A stretch of 64,000 bases of DNA from Aequorivita sp. GTDB lineage: Bacteria > Bacteroidota > Bacteroidia > Flavobacteriales > Flavobacteriaceae. A program made the position numbers and the translations under genes. Location: assembly GCA_048268785.1 (NCBI GenBank), contig JBLWUV010000001.1, forward strand, positions 300,962-364,961. Direction: 5' to 3'. This document shows positions 37,509 to 46,661 of this stretch, piece after piece (position 1 is the stretch's first letter; the number at the start of each line of letters is the position of its first letter). The notes beneath the pieces were generated by a model. That model was not told the DNA's origin. It made no database searches and worked only from the letters and a program-made list of their open reading frames with translations.

Positions 37509-38870
37509 ATGGCCACAACCACTTCTGTCAATCCTTATAACGAAAAGGAATTGGAATCTTATAAAAACCATTCAAAAAAAGAAATTCTGGAAATTATCGA
37601 CCAAGCCGATGCACGTTTTTACAAATGGCGTGAAACCCCGTTTACGGAACGGAAAAAATTGATGTTGGCTGCGGCTTCCGAATTGAAAAAAAACAAAAAT
37701 GAATATGCCGAAACGATGACCTTGGAAATGGGCAAACCCATTTCCCAAGCCGTTGCAGAGATTGAAAAGTGTGCGTGGGTCTGTGAATATTACGCCGAAA
37801 ATGCTGAAAAACAACTTACAGACGAAGTAATAAAAACCGATGCGCACAAAAGTTACGTGCGCTATGAACCGCTGGGCGTGGTTTTGGCCATTATGCCGTG
37901 GAACTACCCATTTTGGCAGGTGTTCCGGTTCGCTGCCCCTGCGCTGATGGCCGGAAACATTGCTGTTTTAAAGCATGCATCCAATGTGTTCGGCAGTGCG
38001 CTGAATATTGAAAAGGTTTTTAAAAGAGCTGGCTTCCCCGATTCATGTTTTTCTACATTATTGGTGGGAAGCGAAGCCGTAGCGGGCATTATTGAAAACG
38101 AAAAAATAAGGGCCGTAACGCTAACGGGCAGCGGTCCCGCGGGAGCTTCGGTCGCTTCCATCGCCGGCAAAAACATCAAAAAAACGGTTTTGGAATTGGG
38201 TGGAAACAACGCCTTAATAGTTATGAAGGATTGCGACCTCGAAAAAACCGTCGCAACCTGCGTGCAGGCGCGGTACCAAAACACCGGACAGAGCTGCATT
38301 GCCGGAAAAAGGTTGTTGGTAGATGAAAATATTGCGGATGCATTTATTGAAAAACTATTGGTAAAAGTGCGTGAGCTTAAAAGCGGCGATCCCCTGGACC
38401 CCGAGACTTATATCGGAACCTTGGCCCGACCCGATTTGGCGGAAGATTTAGAAAAACAAATTGAAGCCTCGGTGAAAGCGGGCGCCAAAATAGAAATAGG
38501 GGGAAAGCGACAGGGAGCCTACTTTGAACCTACTGTGCTTACAAAGGTTACAAAGGAAATGCCGGTTTTTAAGGAAGAAACATTTGGTCCGGCGCTATCG
38601 GTTACCACGTTCAAAACGGTGGAAGAGGCCATAGCGCTTTCCAACTATTCCAAATTTGGACTTGGGGTTTCCATTTTTACCAAAAATATTGACGAAGCCG
38701 AAAAACTTTCGGTCCGATTTAACGAAGGAGCCGTTTTTATAAATGAATTGGTAAAAAGCGATCCCCGTTTGCCCTTTGGAGGAGTCAAGCAGAGCGGTTA
38801 TGGCCGCGAGCTGAGTGAACACGGAATTCGGGAATTTGTGAACCGAAAAACAGTGTTTATAAATTTGTAG
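37509..38870 (+). CDS. NAD(P)-dependent aldehyde dehydrogenase (succinate-semialdehyde dehydrogenase-like)
   Basis: 453 aa from ATG 37509. Motifs ELGGNNA (catalytic Glu), GQSCIAGKR (catalytic Cys) and EETFGP. Confidence 0.85.
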   Translation: MATTTSVNPYNEKELESYKNHSKKEILEIIDQADARFYKWRETPFTERKKLMLAAASELKKNKNEYAETMTLEMGKPISQAVAEIEKCAWVCEYYAENAEKQLTDEVIKTDAHKSYVRYEPLGVVLAIMPWNYPFWQVFRFAAPALMAGNIAVLKHASNVFGSALNIEKVFKRAGFPDSCFSTLLVGSEAVAGIIENEKIRAVTLTGSGPAGASVASIAGKNIKKTVLELGGNNALIVMKDCDLEKTVATCVQARYQNTGQSCIAGKRLLVDENIADAFIEKLLVKVRELKSGDPLDPETYIGTLARPDLAEDLEKQIEASVKAGAKIEIGGKRQGAYFEPTVLTKVTKEMPVFKEETFGPALSVTTFKTVEEAIALSNYSKFGLGVSIFTKNIDEAEKLSVRFNEGAVFINELVKSDPRLPFGGVKQSGYGRELSEHGIREFVNRKTVFINL

Positions 38871-38891
38871 ATTTACCTTAAAATTTGTTCT

Positions 38892-39281
38892 ATGAATTTC
38901 CACACCCGAAAATGGATCAAACCCGAAGACTTAAACCCCAATGGAACGCTATTCGGCGGTAGGCTGTTGGAATGGATCGATGAAGAAGCAGCCCTTTATG
39001 CCATAATCCAATTGGAAAACCCTCGGACGGTTACCAAATTTATGAGCGAAATAAATTTTAGAAGTTCCGCAAAAAAGGGCGATATAATTGAGATTGGACT
39101 TGAGGTAACCAATTTTGGCCGAACCTCATTGACTTTGTGTTGTGAGGTCCGCAACAAAATGACCCGCGAGGTTATTATCAGCATTGACAAAATTATTATG
39201 GTTAGCCTTGACGAAAGCGGTATTCCCGCGCCCCACGGCAAGACCCAAGTTGAATTCGTGAAAGATCGCCTCGCGAAATAA
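38892..39281 (+). CDS. Acyl-CoA thioesterase (hotdog fold, YciA-like)
   Basis: 129 aa. PEDLNPNGTLFGGRLLEWIDEEA is typical of the 4HBT/hotdog fold. Confidence 0.85.
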   Translation: MNFHTRKWIKPEDLNPNGTLFGGRLLEWIDEEAALYAIIQLENPRTVTKFMSEINFRSSAKKGDIIEIGLEVTNFGRTSLTLCCEVRNKMTREVIISIDKIIMVSLDESGIPAPHGKTQVEFVKDRLAK

Positions 39282-39282
39282 T

Positions 39283-40545
39283 TCAGGAAAGCGCTTGAAG
39301 ATCTTTCCCTGTGGGAAGTTCAAAAATTTCCAAATCGAAATAGGGGATAGCCGCCAGCAAATGGTCAAAAATATCGGCTTGGATGTGTTCATAGTTTACC
39401 CAACGCTTGTCCTTGCTAAAGCAAAATATTTCTATAGGAATGCCCTTGTCGGTGGGGGCCAAGTGCCGGACCATTAAAAATAGGTCTTTATTGATGGCGG
39501 AGTTTTCATTCAAAAAAGCGTCGGCATAATACCGAAAAACCCCGAGGTTGGTTTGATTTCTCCCATTGATCAGCAATTGCTTGTCTATTTGGTTTTTTGC
39601 GTTAAACTTGTCCACATCTTTTTGGCGATGTTCCAAATAGGGTTTTATAAGCTGGATTTTTTTCAACCGCTCTACATCTTCGGGCGACAGGAATTTGATT
39701 GACGATTGTTTGATGTAAATGGACCGTTTAATTCGTCGCCCGTCGCTTTCCTGCATTCCCCGCCAGTTTTGGAAGGAATCTGCGATTAGGCTATAAGTGG
39801 GAATGGTGGTGTAGGTATTGTCCCAGTTCTGGACTCGGACGGTGGCTAGGTTAATTTCGGTTACCAAACCATCTGCCCCAAATTTGCTAAAGGTAATCCA
39901 GTCGCCAATGCGCACGATATCGTTGACCGAAACCTGGATACTGGCCACAAAGCCCAAAATAGTGTCCTTAAAAATAAGCAGAATAACCGCCGATGCCGCC
40001 CCGAGGGTGGTCAAACTAACAATGGAATAACCGGTAAGCAATTGGATAATCCAAAAAATTCCGACTCCCCAAGCGAAAATCATCATTACCTGCACATAAC
40101 TTTCCATCGGCTTATCGCGGTAGCGCTCGTTTTCGTAAAGATAATTTCTTGTGGTGCGAAGAATGCTTCTGAAGATCAGTACACAGAGAATAATCAAATA
40201 GACCTGTGCCGCAATTTGAAGCAGGTTGGTCATAAATGGCGATTCAACAAAAACGATGGGGATTACATACCAAACGAGCCACAACGGCAGGGTATGGGCA
40301 ATAAACCGCGGAAAATTGCTTTTAACCAAATAGTCGTCAAAAGTAGTTTTGGTCTTGTCGCTAAAGGCTTTAAAGACTTCCACTATAATTTTCCTGAAAA
40401 CCGTGTCGAGGATATAAACCACCGTTAAAATAATGACACAGTTCAACAGCACATTCAAAAAAATGGCCCATTCCAAGGTCATTCCCTCATCAACCAAATA
40501 GTTTTGGAAAAGACAGCTATATTCTTGAACGATTTGACGATTCAT
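39283..40545 (-). CDS. Mechanosensitive ion channel family protein (MscS-type), paralog 1
   Basis: 420 aa from ATG 40545, where TAATG overlaps the upstream gene's stop. N-terminal TM helices, then an MscS beta-domain (VSVNDIVRIGDWITF...GLVTEINLATVRVQNWDNT). Confidence 0.85.
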   Translation of the reverse strand: MNRQIVQEYSCLFQNYLVDEGMTLEWAIFLNVLLNCVIILTVVYILDTVFRKIIVEVFKAFSDKTKTTFDDYLVKSNFPRFIAHTLPLWLVWYVIPIVFVESPFMTNLLQIAAQVYLIILCVLIFRSILRTTRNYLYENERYRDKPMESYVQVMMIFAWGVGIFWIIQLLTGYSIVSLTTLGAASAVILLIFKDTILGFVASIQVSVNDIVRIGDWITFSKFGADGLVTEINLATVRVQNWDNTYTTIPTYSLIADSFQNWRGMQESDGRRIKRSIYIKQSSIKFLSPEDVERLKKIQLIKPYLEHRQKDVDKFNAKNQIDKQLLINGRNQTNLGVFRYYADAFLNENSAINKDLFLMVRHLAPTDKGIPIEIFCFSKDKRWVNYEHIQADIFDHLLAAIPYFDLEIFELPTGKDLQALS

Positions 40546-40850
40546 TATAAATATTTTCGCTCCACGTAGAAGGGTCCAAAGGGTAGCACCGAACACATTA
40601 CCACAATAAACAGATCCAACATGGACCATTTCAATTTTTTAAACATATAAATAGCTCCACCCACGTAGAGCACGAACAAAACGCCGTGGGCCATCCCAAC
40701 AATTTGCACCATTTGGGGCAGATGCCAGATATATTTTAAGGGCATCGCGATTCCCAAAAGCACTAAAAAAGAGATGGCTTCCAAGGTACTGATGAGCCGG
40801 AATGATTTTATTGAAAGTTTCAAAATGCTAATTTTTGTGCAAAGATACAC
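40545..40850 (-). CDS. DUF3817-like small membrane protein
   Basis: 101 aa with 3 TM helices (FRLISTLEAISFLVLLGIAMPLKY....GMAHGVLFVLY). Confidence 0.65.
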   Translation of the reverse strand: MYLCTKISILKLSIKSFRLISTLEAISFLVLLGIAMPLKYIWHLPQMVQIVGMAHGVLFVLYVGGAIYMFKKLKWSMLDLFIVVMCSVLPFGPFYVERKYL

Positions 40851-40935
40851 CTTGAAGTTTGCCTTACTATTTTTTAATACATTTTTAGCGAAATTGTATT
40901 TTGGGGATAATTACTATATTTAAAAGAAAAAAGCT

Positions 40936-41859
40936 ATGCTGCCACTTGTACAATCGCCTGTCGAAACCATCCAAAATTCATTGGAAAGATATTATGAGGA
41001 ATTTTTAAAGGTGCTGCCCAGAATTGCACTCGGGGTTTTGGTGATTATTTTGGGAATCTTGCTGGCGCAACTGCTTACCAATTTTTATAAGAAAAGATTT
41101 CAGCAAAAATCCGAAGATCCTTTAATGTCGAGGTTTTTGGCCCAAGCGGTTAAAATTGTGCTCATCATTATTGCTATTATGCTGGCGCTTCAAATTGCAG
41201 GGCTTCAAGGCATCGCCACCGGACTGCTAACGGCCGTTGGGGGAGGTGCCATTATTCTGGGTTTCGCCTTTCAGGATATAGGCAAAAATTTCCTCGCTGG
41301 GATAATTCTTGCCTTCAACCGGCCCTTCAATATTAACGACACTATAAAAATCGATGCTATTTTTGGAAAGGTAAAAGAGTTGAATTTTCGCTATTCGCAC
41401 ATAAAAACTTTTGACGGCCGCGACATTTATATTCCCAATAGCGATGTGCTTACCAAACCGGTTGAAAACTATACCGCCGATGGTTTTTATCGGGTAGAAT
41501 TCACCGTGGGAATCGGGTATGAAGATGATATTGTTTCGGCAAAAAAGGTCATACAGGAAATTTTGGATTCCAACACCGATATTATTAGCGATGCAGAACA
41601 CGAAAATTTTGTGATTGAGGATGAACTGGCGGCCAGCACCGTTAATCTGAAAGTTTATTTTTGGGTAGATACTGTGGACTATAGGCGGGCCTCACGTGTG
41701 CTTCGCGGGTTGGTCATTCGCGAAGTAAAAGAAGCCTTGTTTAAGCAAGGGTTTAATCTTCCCGCAGATATTAAGGAACTTAAAATTTATGGCACCGAGG
41801 ATGCCATTCCCATTAAATTTAAAAACGCTCCCGACTTTCCGAAAGCGGAATCAAAATAG
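40936..41859 (+). CDS. Mechanosensitive ion channel family protein (MscS-type), paralog 2
   Basis: 307 aa. TM3-like GFAFQDIGKNFLAGIILAFNRPFNINDTIKI...G.V.ELNFRYSHIKTFDGRDIYIPN. Confidence 0.85.
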   Translation: MLPLVQSPVETIQNSLERYYEEFLKVLPRIALGVLVIILGILLAQLLTNFYKKRFQQKSEDPLMSRFLAQAVKIVLIIIAIMLALQIAGLQGIATGLLTAVGGGAIILGFAFQDIGKNFLAGIILAFNRPFNINDTIKIDAIFGKVKELNFRYSHIKTFDGRDIYIPNSDVLTKPVENYTADGFYRVEFTVGIGYEDDIVSAKKVIQEILDSNTDIISDAEHENFVIEDELAASTVNLKVYFWVDTVDYRRASRVLRGLVIREVKEALFKQGFNLPADIKELKIYGTEDAIPIKFKNAPDFPKAESK

Positions 41860-41908
41860 GTCGGCGGCAATTTTTTTTTAAACTACTACAGCAAAGCTTC
41901 CAAGAAAA

Positions 41909-42649
41909 CTATTGGGCCGTGTAGCCACCATCGATGGTGTAATAACTTCCGGTAACAAAACTGGCGGCGTCGCTGCACAGCCAAAAAACCAAGTTGGCTA
42001 CCTCTTCGGGCTGGCCCAATCGGCCAATGGGGTGGAGCTGCACCAACTGTTTTTTCTGCTCCTCATCAATTTGGTCGAGTAGTGGGGTTTCAATATATCC
42101 CGGGCCTACCGAATTGATACGAACCTTGTCCTTCGCATATTCAAGGGCCGCCGTTTTTGTTAAACCTACCACGCCGTGTTTAGCGGCCACATAGGCTACC
42201 GAGTTCGGGGTCCCAACGCTGCCCAATATGGAAGCCATATTAACGATGGCGCCACCGCCGGCTTTAATAATTTCGGGGATTTGATATTTGTTGCCAAAGA
42301 AAACTCCGCTTAAATTAATTCCGATTACTTTTTCCCAACTGTCCAAGGAATATTCAGCGGTAGGAGCCATTTCGCCACCGATCCCGGCGTTGTTTACCGC
42401 AAAATGAAGATTTCCAAATTTTTCAACGGTCTTTTGCACTAACTGCTCGCTGTCTTTGGGTTTGGAAGTATCGGCTTTTATGAAATGGGCAGATCCATTT
42501 TTGTCGGTTATTTCCTTTACCACTTTTTGGGCATGGTCCTCGGCAATATCAGAAACTATTACATTTGCGCCATTTTCAGCGAATTTATGGGCGATGGCCC
42601 TGCCGAGTCCCGAGCCCGCTCCGGTCACGATTATTGTTTTGTTTTTCAT
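41909..42649 (-). CDS. SDR family oxidoreductase
   Basis: 246 aa with TGAGSGLG, NNAG and YxxxK (YVAAK) motifs. Confidence 0.9.
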   Translation of the reverse strand: MKNKTIIVTGAGSGLGRAIAHKFAENGANVIVSDIAEDHAQKVVKEITDKNGSAHFIKADTSKPKDSEQLVQKTVEKFGNLHFAVNNAGIGGEMAPTAEYSLDSWEKVIGINLSGVFFGNKYQIPEIIKAGGGAIVNMASILGSVGTPNSVAYVAAKHGVVGLTKTAALEYAKDKVRINSVGPGYIETPLLDQIDEEQKKQLVQLHPIGRLGQPEEVANLVFWLCSDAASFVTGSYYTIDGGYTAQ

Positions 42650-42712
42650 TTTTAATAGTTTTCTTTAAAATTAAAAGTTAAAAACCGGAAAGTGTATTAA
42701 CAAACTATTAAA

Positions 42713-43327
42713 TCATTCGCAGGGAAGGGGTACGTTCAAGGTTTTATAGCTCCAATTTCTTTTAAAACTGAAATGCCACCACTCCGTTCGGATCGAATTG
42801 AAACCGAACTTGCGCATTCCTTCAAAAAGAAGTTTTCGGTTTGCCAGAATTTCTGCAGAAAAATTATAGTTGTCTATGTGCGCTTCCCTACCGAAGTAGT
42901 CGTAATCGCTGCCCATTTCCACATAACAACCTTCAAGGGTTTCCAAAGTAATATCCACCGCGGCTCCTTTGTTATGCACCGAACCATTGCCGTAGGGGTT
43001 GCCAACATAGGTAGGTCGCGGCACTTTTGCCCACATTTTTTTCTGGACGTCCAGCGGGCGGTAGCAATCGTAGATTTTTATACGGTACCCCTTTTCGCAG
43101 AAATACTGATTGGCATTTAAAAGCGCTTCGGCAACATCGGGCCGCAGCAAACATTTTGGGCAGTCATAAAGGGTTTCGCCAATAAAATTGTTTGGGGTGG
43201 CATAACGGATTTCATAACTGAATTCGGTGGAGAGGGACTCGAGGTCCACTAAGGGTTCCTGCGTATTTTCTTCCGAAGAAAAACTTAAAAATAAAAAGGC
43301 AGTGAGAAGGAAGGATGCTAATTTCAT
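42713..43327 (-). CDS. M15-family D-alanyl-D-alanine dipeptidase (VanX/DdpX-like), exported
   Basis: 204 aa. Signal peptide MKLASFLLTAFLFLSFSS. Zn-binding and catalytic motifs SVHNKGAAVD and EWWHF. Confidence 0.85.
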   Translation of the reverse strand: MKLASFLLTAFLFLSFSSEENTQEPLVDLESLSTEFSYEIRYATPNNFIGETLYDCPKCLLRPDVAEALLNANQYFCEKGYRIKIYDCYRPLDVQKKMWAKVPRPTYVGNPYGNGSVHNKGAAVDITLETLEGCYVEMGSDYDYFGREAHIDNYNFSAEILANRKLLFEGMRKFGFNSIRTEWWHFSFKRNWSYKTLNVPLPCE

Positions 43328-43395
43328 CCTTCAAATTTAAGCAGATTTTAATAACATTCGTTTTTGCAATCAATACCTTTGAAAAAACGAAAAAA

Positions 43396-44121
43396 ATGAA
43401 TGATTTAGGAAAAAAGACCGCATTAATCACTGGCGGCACAAAAGGAATAGGCTTTGGAATCGCCGAAGCATTGCTTAAGGAAGGCATTAACGTTTCCATA
43501 ACCGGAAGAAACAAGGCCACGGCCCAAGAAGCGGCAAAAAAACTGAACGCCCACGGAAACGATAGGGCACAGGCATTGGGTTTGGAAGCAGACGTTCGCA
43601 ATTTAGAAAGCCAGCAAAGGGCAGTAAAACAAACCTTGGATCAATTTGGCAGGTTGGATATTGTGATTGCCAATGCAGGTTTGGGTCATTTTGGTTCGGT
43701 GGAAGATTTAACTATTGACCAATGGAAGGAAACGCTTGACACCAACCTATCCGGCCCCTTTTATTCACTAAAAGCGGCCTTGGAGCCACTAAAAGAGAAT
43801 CAAGGCTATTTTATAACTATTTCCAGTTTGGCGGGAACCAATTTTTTTAAAGGCGGTAGCGCCTATAATGCGAGCAAATTCGGCCTTACTGGTTTTACAC
43901 AGGCAGCGATGCTGGATTTACGCGATCACGGCGTTAAGGTTTCAACCATTATGCCCGGCTCGGTATCAACCCATTTTAATGGAAATGAGCCAGATGAAAA
44001 GGATGCGTGGAAAATCCAAAAGGAAGATATTGGCCAACTGGTGGTGGACTTATTGCGAATGAACCCCCGAACCTTGCCCAGTAAGATTGAAGTTCGGCCG
44101 TCCATGCCCCCATCCAAATAA
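43396..44121 (+). CDS. SDR family oxidoreductase
   Basis: 241 aa from ATG 43396 (MNDLGKKTALITGGTKGIG), with NAG and YNASK motifs. The upstream extension in the track ORF overlaps the divergent gene. Confidence 0.9.
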   Translation: MNDLGKKTALITGGTKGIGFGIAEALLKEGINVSITGRNKATAQEAAKKLNAHGNDRAQALGLEADVRNLESQQRAVKQTLDQFGRLDIVIANAGLGHFGSVEDLTIDQWKETLDTNLSGPFYSLKAALEPLKENQGYFITISSLAGTNFFKGGSAYNASKFGLTGFTQAAMLDLRDHGVKVSTIMPGSVSTHFNGNEPDEKDAWKIQKEDIGQLVVDLLRMNPRTLPSKIEVRPSMPPSK

Positions 44122-44122
44122 A

Positions 44123-44488
44123 TTATTTGAAGGAAAAAGATTCGGCCCAGGCCTTTGCAGTATCGATATCATCGAAAAATGCAAAACTGTGTGGAAAAAG
44201 TTTTTGCTCCACAGTAGCCCTTTCCCGCTCTGCTTCGCTGGTAGAAACAATGGCCAGCCCAATCTTGTTTTTCATTTTCCCGTTTCTGTAAATGTCGAGA
44301 TCGATGGTGTGTGGATATCTTCTATCGGCAATTACAATAAAAGGTTTTCTGCCAAAATGCTGCTTGTAATTTTCCCGAATCCAGTCATTTTTTTTGATGT
44401 CAACGTGCTCGTTCTCAAACACACGCACCAGCGAATAGGTGTCGTAAAGATAGAGTTCACAGAAATCGGAAAGTAGTTTTTTTTCCAT
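44123..44488 (-). CDS. Hypothetical protein (distant paralog of 25963..26322)
   Basis: 121-aa ORF. See the shared motif noted for 25963..26322. Confidence 0.6.
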   Translation of the reverse strand: MEKKLLSDFCELYLYDTYSLVRVFENEHVDIKKNDWIRENYKQHFGRKPFIVIADRRYPHTIDLDIYRNGKMKNKIGLAIVSTSEAERERATVEQKLFPHSFAFFDDIDTAKAWAESFSFK

Positions 44489-44587
44489 AGCGGGTTTGGT
44501 GGTTGCTTAAACTAAAGATAAATATTTTTTTACATTTCCTACAAAGAAAATTTTCTTTTATAGAATCCCATTAAGCAGTATTTGTAA

Positions 44588-44624
44588 TAAAAAAAAGCGA
44601 CCTACGGGCAGTAAGTCGCTTTTT
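44588..44624 (-). terminator. Rho-independent terminator after the OmpA-family gene (bidirectional in appearance)
   Basis: aaaagcgac-N13-gtcgctttt, flanked by A8 (U-run on the minus strand) and T5. Confidence 0.6.
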
Positions 44625-44647
44625 CAAAATAAAAGTTACTCTCTTTT

Positions 44648-45490
44648 TTAATTGGCAGAAAGTAGTGCCAAAAATTTGTCAAGGTTCGGAAGGATCACAA
44701 TGCGCGTTCTTCTGTTGGTCGCACGGCCTTCTTTGGTTTCGTTCTCGGTAAGCGGATGAAAACTACTTCTTCCGGCTGCTATCAATTTGGCCGGATCCAC
44801 GCCATAATCGTCCTGCAACTTTCGAATAACGGCGGTTGACCGATCGACGCTCAGTTCCCAGTTGTCCTTTATATATGCTCCGGGTTTTACGGTCTGGCTA
44901 TCGGTGTGGCCTTCAACCATCACTTCAAGAGCAGGCTCGCTGTTTATTACATTTGCCAAACGCTCCAATAAAGGGTCGGCTTTTGGGTTTACCCGGGCGC
45001 TTCCCGATTTGAACAATAATTTATCCGAAATGGTAATCATAACAACAGTTTCGTCAATATCAATGGCGATGTCGTCTTCTTCACCTTCACCGGCCAAAGT
45101 GTTGTCCAGATTTTTCTTAAGGTTATAGGAAACAATAAGATTCATGGAATCTTTTAGGGTCTTTGCCTGCGCCAATTCCTGTGGGTCAACATTGGCAAGG
45201 GCTTTTTTCATTTTTTCCTTATCGTTTTGTGAAATTACCACTCCTTCAATTTGCTGAAGGCGACTGTTGTTGCTGTCGGTCAAGGATTGGATTTTCGAAT
45301 TGTAGTTCGCAACGCGTTCTTCAATTTTGGCATATTTGGCCTCAATTTCCTCCTTTTCCAGTTGGGTTTTGGCCAGCGTGGAACGGGTGTCGTTGTATTG
45401 GTTTTCCAATTCAACATACTTCTTTTTTGATACGCACGAGGTAGCAAAAATTGCTGTTGCCAGCATGGTTAGTGCAATAGCTTTTTTCAT
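44648..45490 (-). CDS. OmpA/MotB-domain lipoprotein with coiled-coil N-region
   Basis: 280 aa from ATG 45490 (MKKAIALTMLATAIFATSC lipobox). C-terminal OmpA domain (VEGHTDS...N.ELS..R...V...L....G......GRA.NRR..I). Confidence 0.85.
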   Translation of the reverse strand: MKKAIALTMLATAIFATSCVSKKKYVELENQYNDTRSTLAKTQLEKEEIEAKYAKIEERVANYNSKIQSLTDSNNSRLQQIEGVVISQNDKEKMKKALANVDPQELAQAKTLKDSMNLIVSYNLKKNLDNTLAGEGEEDDIAIDIDETVVMITISDKLLFKSGSARVNPKADPLLERLANVINSEPALEVMVEGHTDSQTVKPGAYIKDNWELSVDRSTAVIRKLQDDYGVDPAKLIAAGRSSFHPLTENETKEGRATNRRTRIVILPNLDKFLALLSAN

Positions 45491-45585
45491 AATACTAAGT
45501 TTTAAAGGTTTGTAATGCAAATATAAATGCAGCTTCCCCCAAAAAATTAGTTAAGGCATGCTATTGTTTTGTTAAAAGACAGATC

Positions 45586-45723
45586 CTAAAAAACCTTAAA
45601 AACGTAGCCCAACAACCAATACAGAATAATAAAAACTACGATGGTGCCGATACATCCACACTTGCCACCACCAATCTTTTTGGCGCCCCATCCGGCAAGT
45701 AGAATTCTAAGTAACTTTTTCAT
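45586..45723 (-). CDS. Unannotated 45-aa small membrane protein
   Basis: Read by hand: MKKLLRILLAGWGAKKIGGGKCGCIGTIVVFIILYWLLGYVFKVF*. It has one hydrophobic helix and sits between the MscS and OmpA genes on the same strand. It is below the 60-aa cutoff of the ORF track. Confidence 0.4.
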   Translation of the reverse strand: MKKLLRILLAGWGAKKIGGGKCGCIGTIVVFIILYWLLGYVFKVF

Positions 45724-45759
45724 ATTTGTTCTATTAAAACATTAAATTATAATTCCAAA

Positions 45760-46650
45760 TTATTCTTCTTTTCGTGGAGCCATCTGCAATTGGTTTTTGC
45801 CAAAATCCAGCGTCCGGATCGGGAAAGGAATATTGATTCCGGCCTCGTCAAAATGTTTTTTGATTAATTTGATGGCCTTGTGCTGCGCTTCCAATTTGGG
45901 TTTGGGCTTGGTGCTCGCAATCCAAAACCGGGTAATAAAATTGATGGAACTATCGCCAAATTCGGTAAAGAAAAACTCTACGCCCTCATTGTCCTGCTGC
46001 TCAAAATTGGCCCTCATAATCTTTAGAACCAGGTCTTCCACTTCTTGCAGATCGCTTTCATAACCCACGCCGCAGCTAACGGAAACCCGGGCGCGTTCTG
46101 TCCACGAATAGTTGGTGAAGGGGCTATCGATAAAAATTTTATTCGGGATAACCACATAATCATTGTCAGTTTGTCGGATGGACACTGCGCGAAGGTCAAT
46201 TTCCTCCACATAGCCGCTTTTTCCTTGGGCTTCAATAAAATCGCCAATGCGAACCTTGGGTTGAAAGGAAAGCATGAAACCCGAAACGGTATTGCTCAAG
46301 GTTCCCTGCAAGGCGAACCCGATGGCCAAACCCATGACCCCGGCACCGGCCAGAATGGAGGTTAAAACCTTATCGAGTTGCAACACGCCTAAAGCCACGA
46401 AGAATCCGATCAATAAAACAATGGTATAAATTAACTTGGAAAGTATCTGTTTTATGGACTCATCGCCCATCTTTTTAAAAAGTACTTTGCGGGAAAATTT
46501 CTTGATCAGCCTGGCAATTATGTAAAAAATGACCATTACCACTATGGCGACCGCAAAATTGGGCAGCTTCAATATGATGGCGTCCAACCATCCATCGAGC
46601 TTGTCCCACAAATTTGAAATTGAATCTTTAACGGAAAAATTTTCTGACAT
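45760..46650 (-). CDS. Mechanosensitive ion channel family protein (MscS-type), paralog 3
   Basis: 296 aa from ATG 46650 (MSENFSVKDS...). GFALQGTLSNTVSGFMLSFQPKVRIGDFIE...GYVEEIDLRAVSIRQTDNDYVVIPN. Confidence 0.85.
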   Translation of the reverse strand: MSENFSVKDSISNLWDKLDGWLDAIILKLPNFAVAIVVMVIFYIIARLIKKFSRKVLFKKMGDESIKQILSKLIYTIVLLIGFFVALGVLQLDKVLTSILAGAGVMGLAIGFALQGTLSNTVSGFMLSFQPKVRIGDFIEAQGKSGYVEEIDLRAVSIRQTDNDYVVIPNKIFIDSPFTNYSWTERARVSVSCGVGYESDLQEVEDLVLKIMRANFEQQDNEGVEFFFTEFGDSSINFITRFWIASTKPKPKLEAQHKAIKLIKKHFDEAGINIPFPIRTLDFGKNQLQMAPRKEE

Positions 46651-46661
46651 ATATTTAATTT

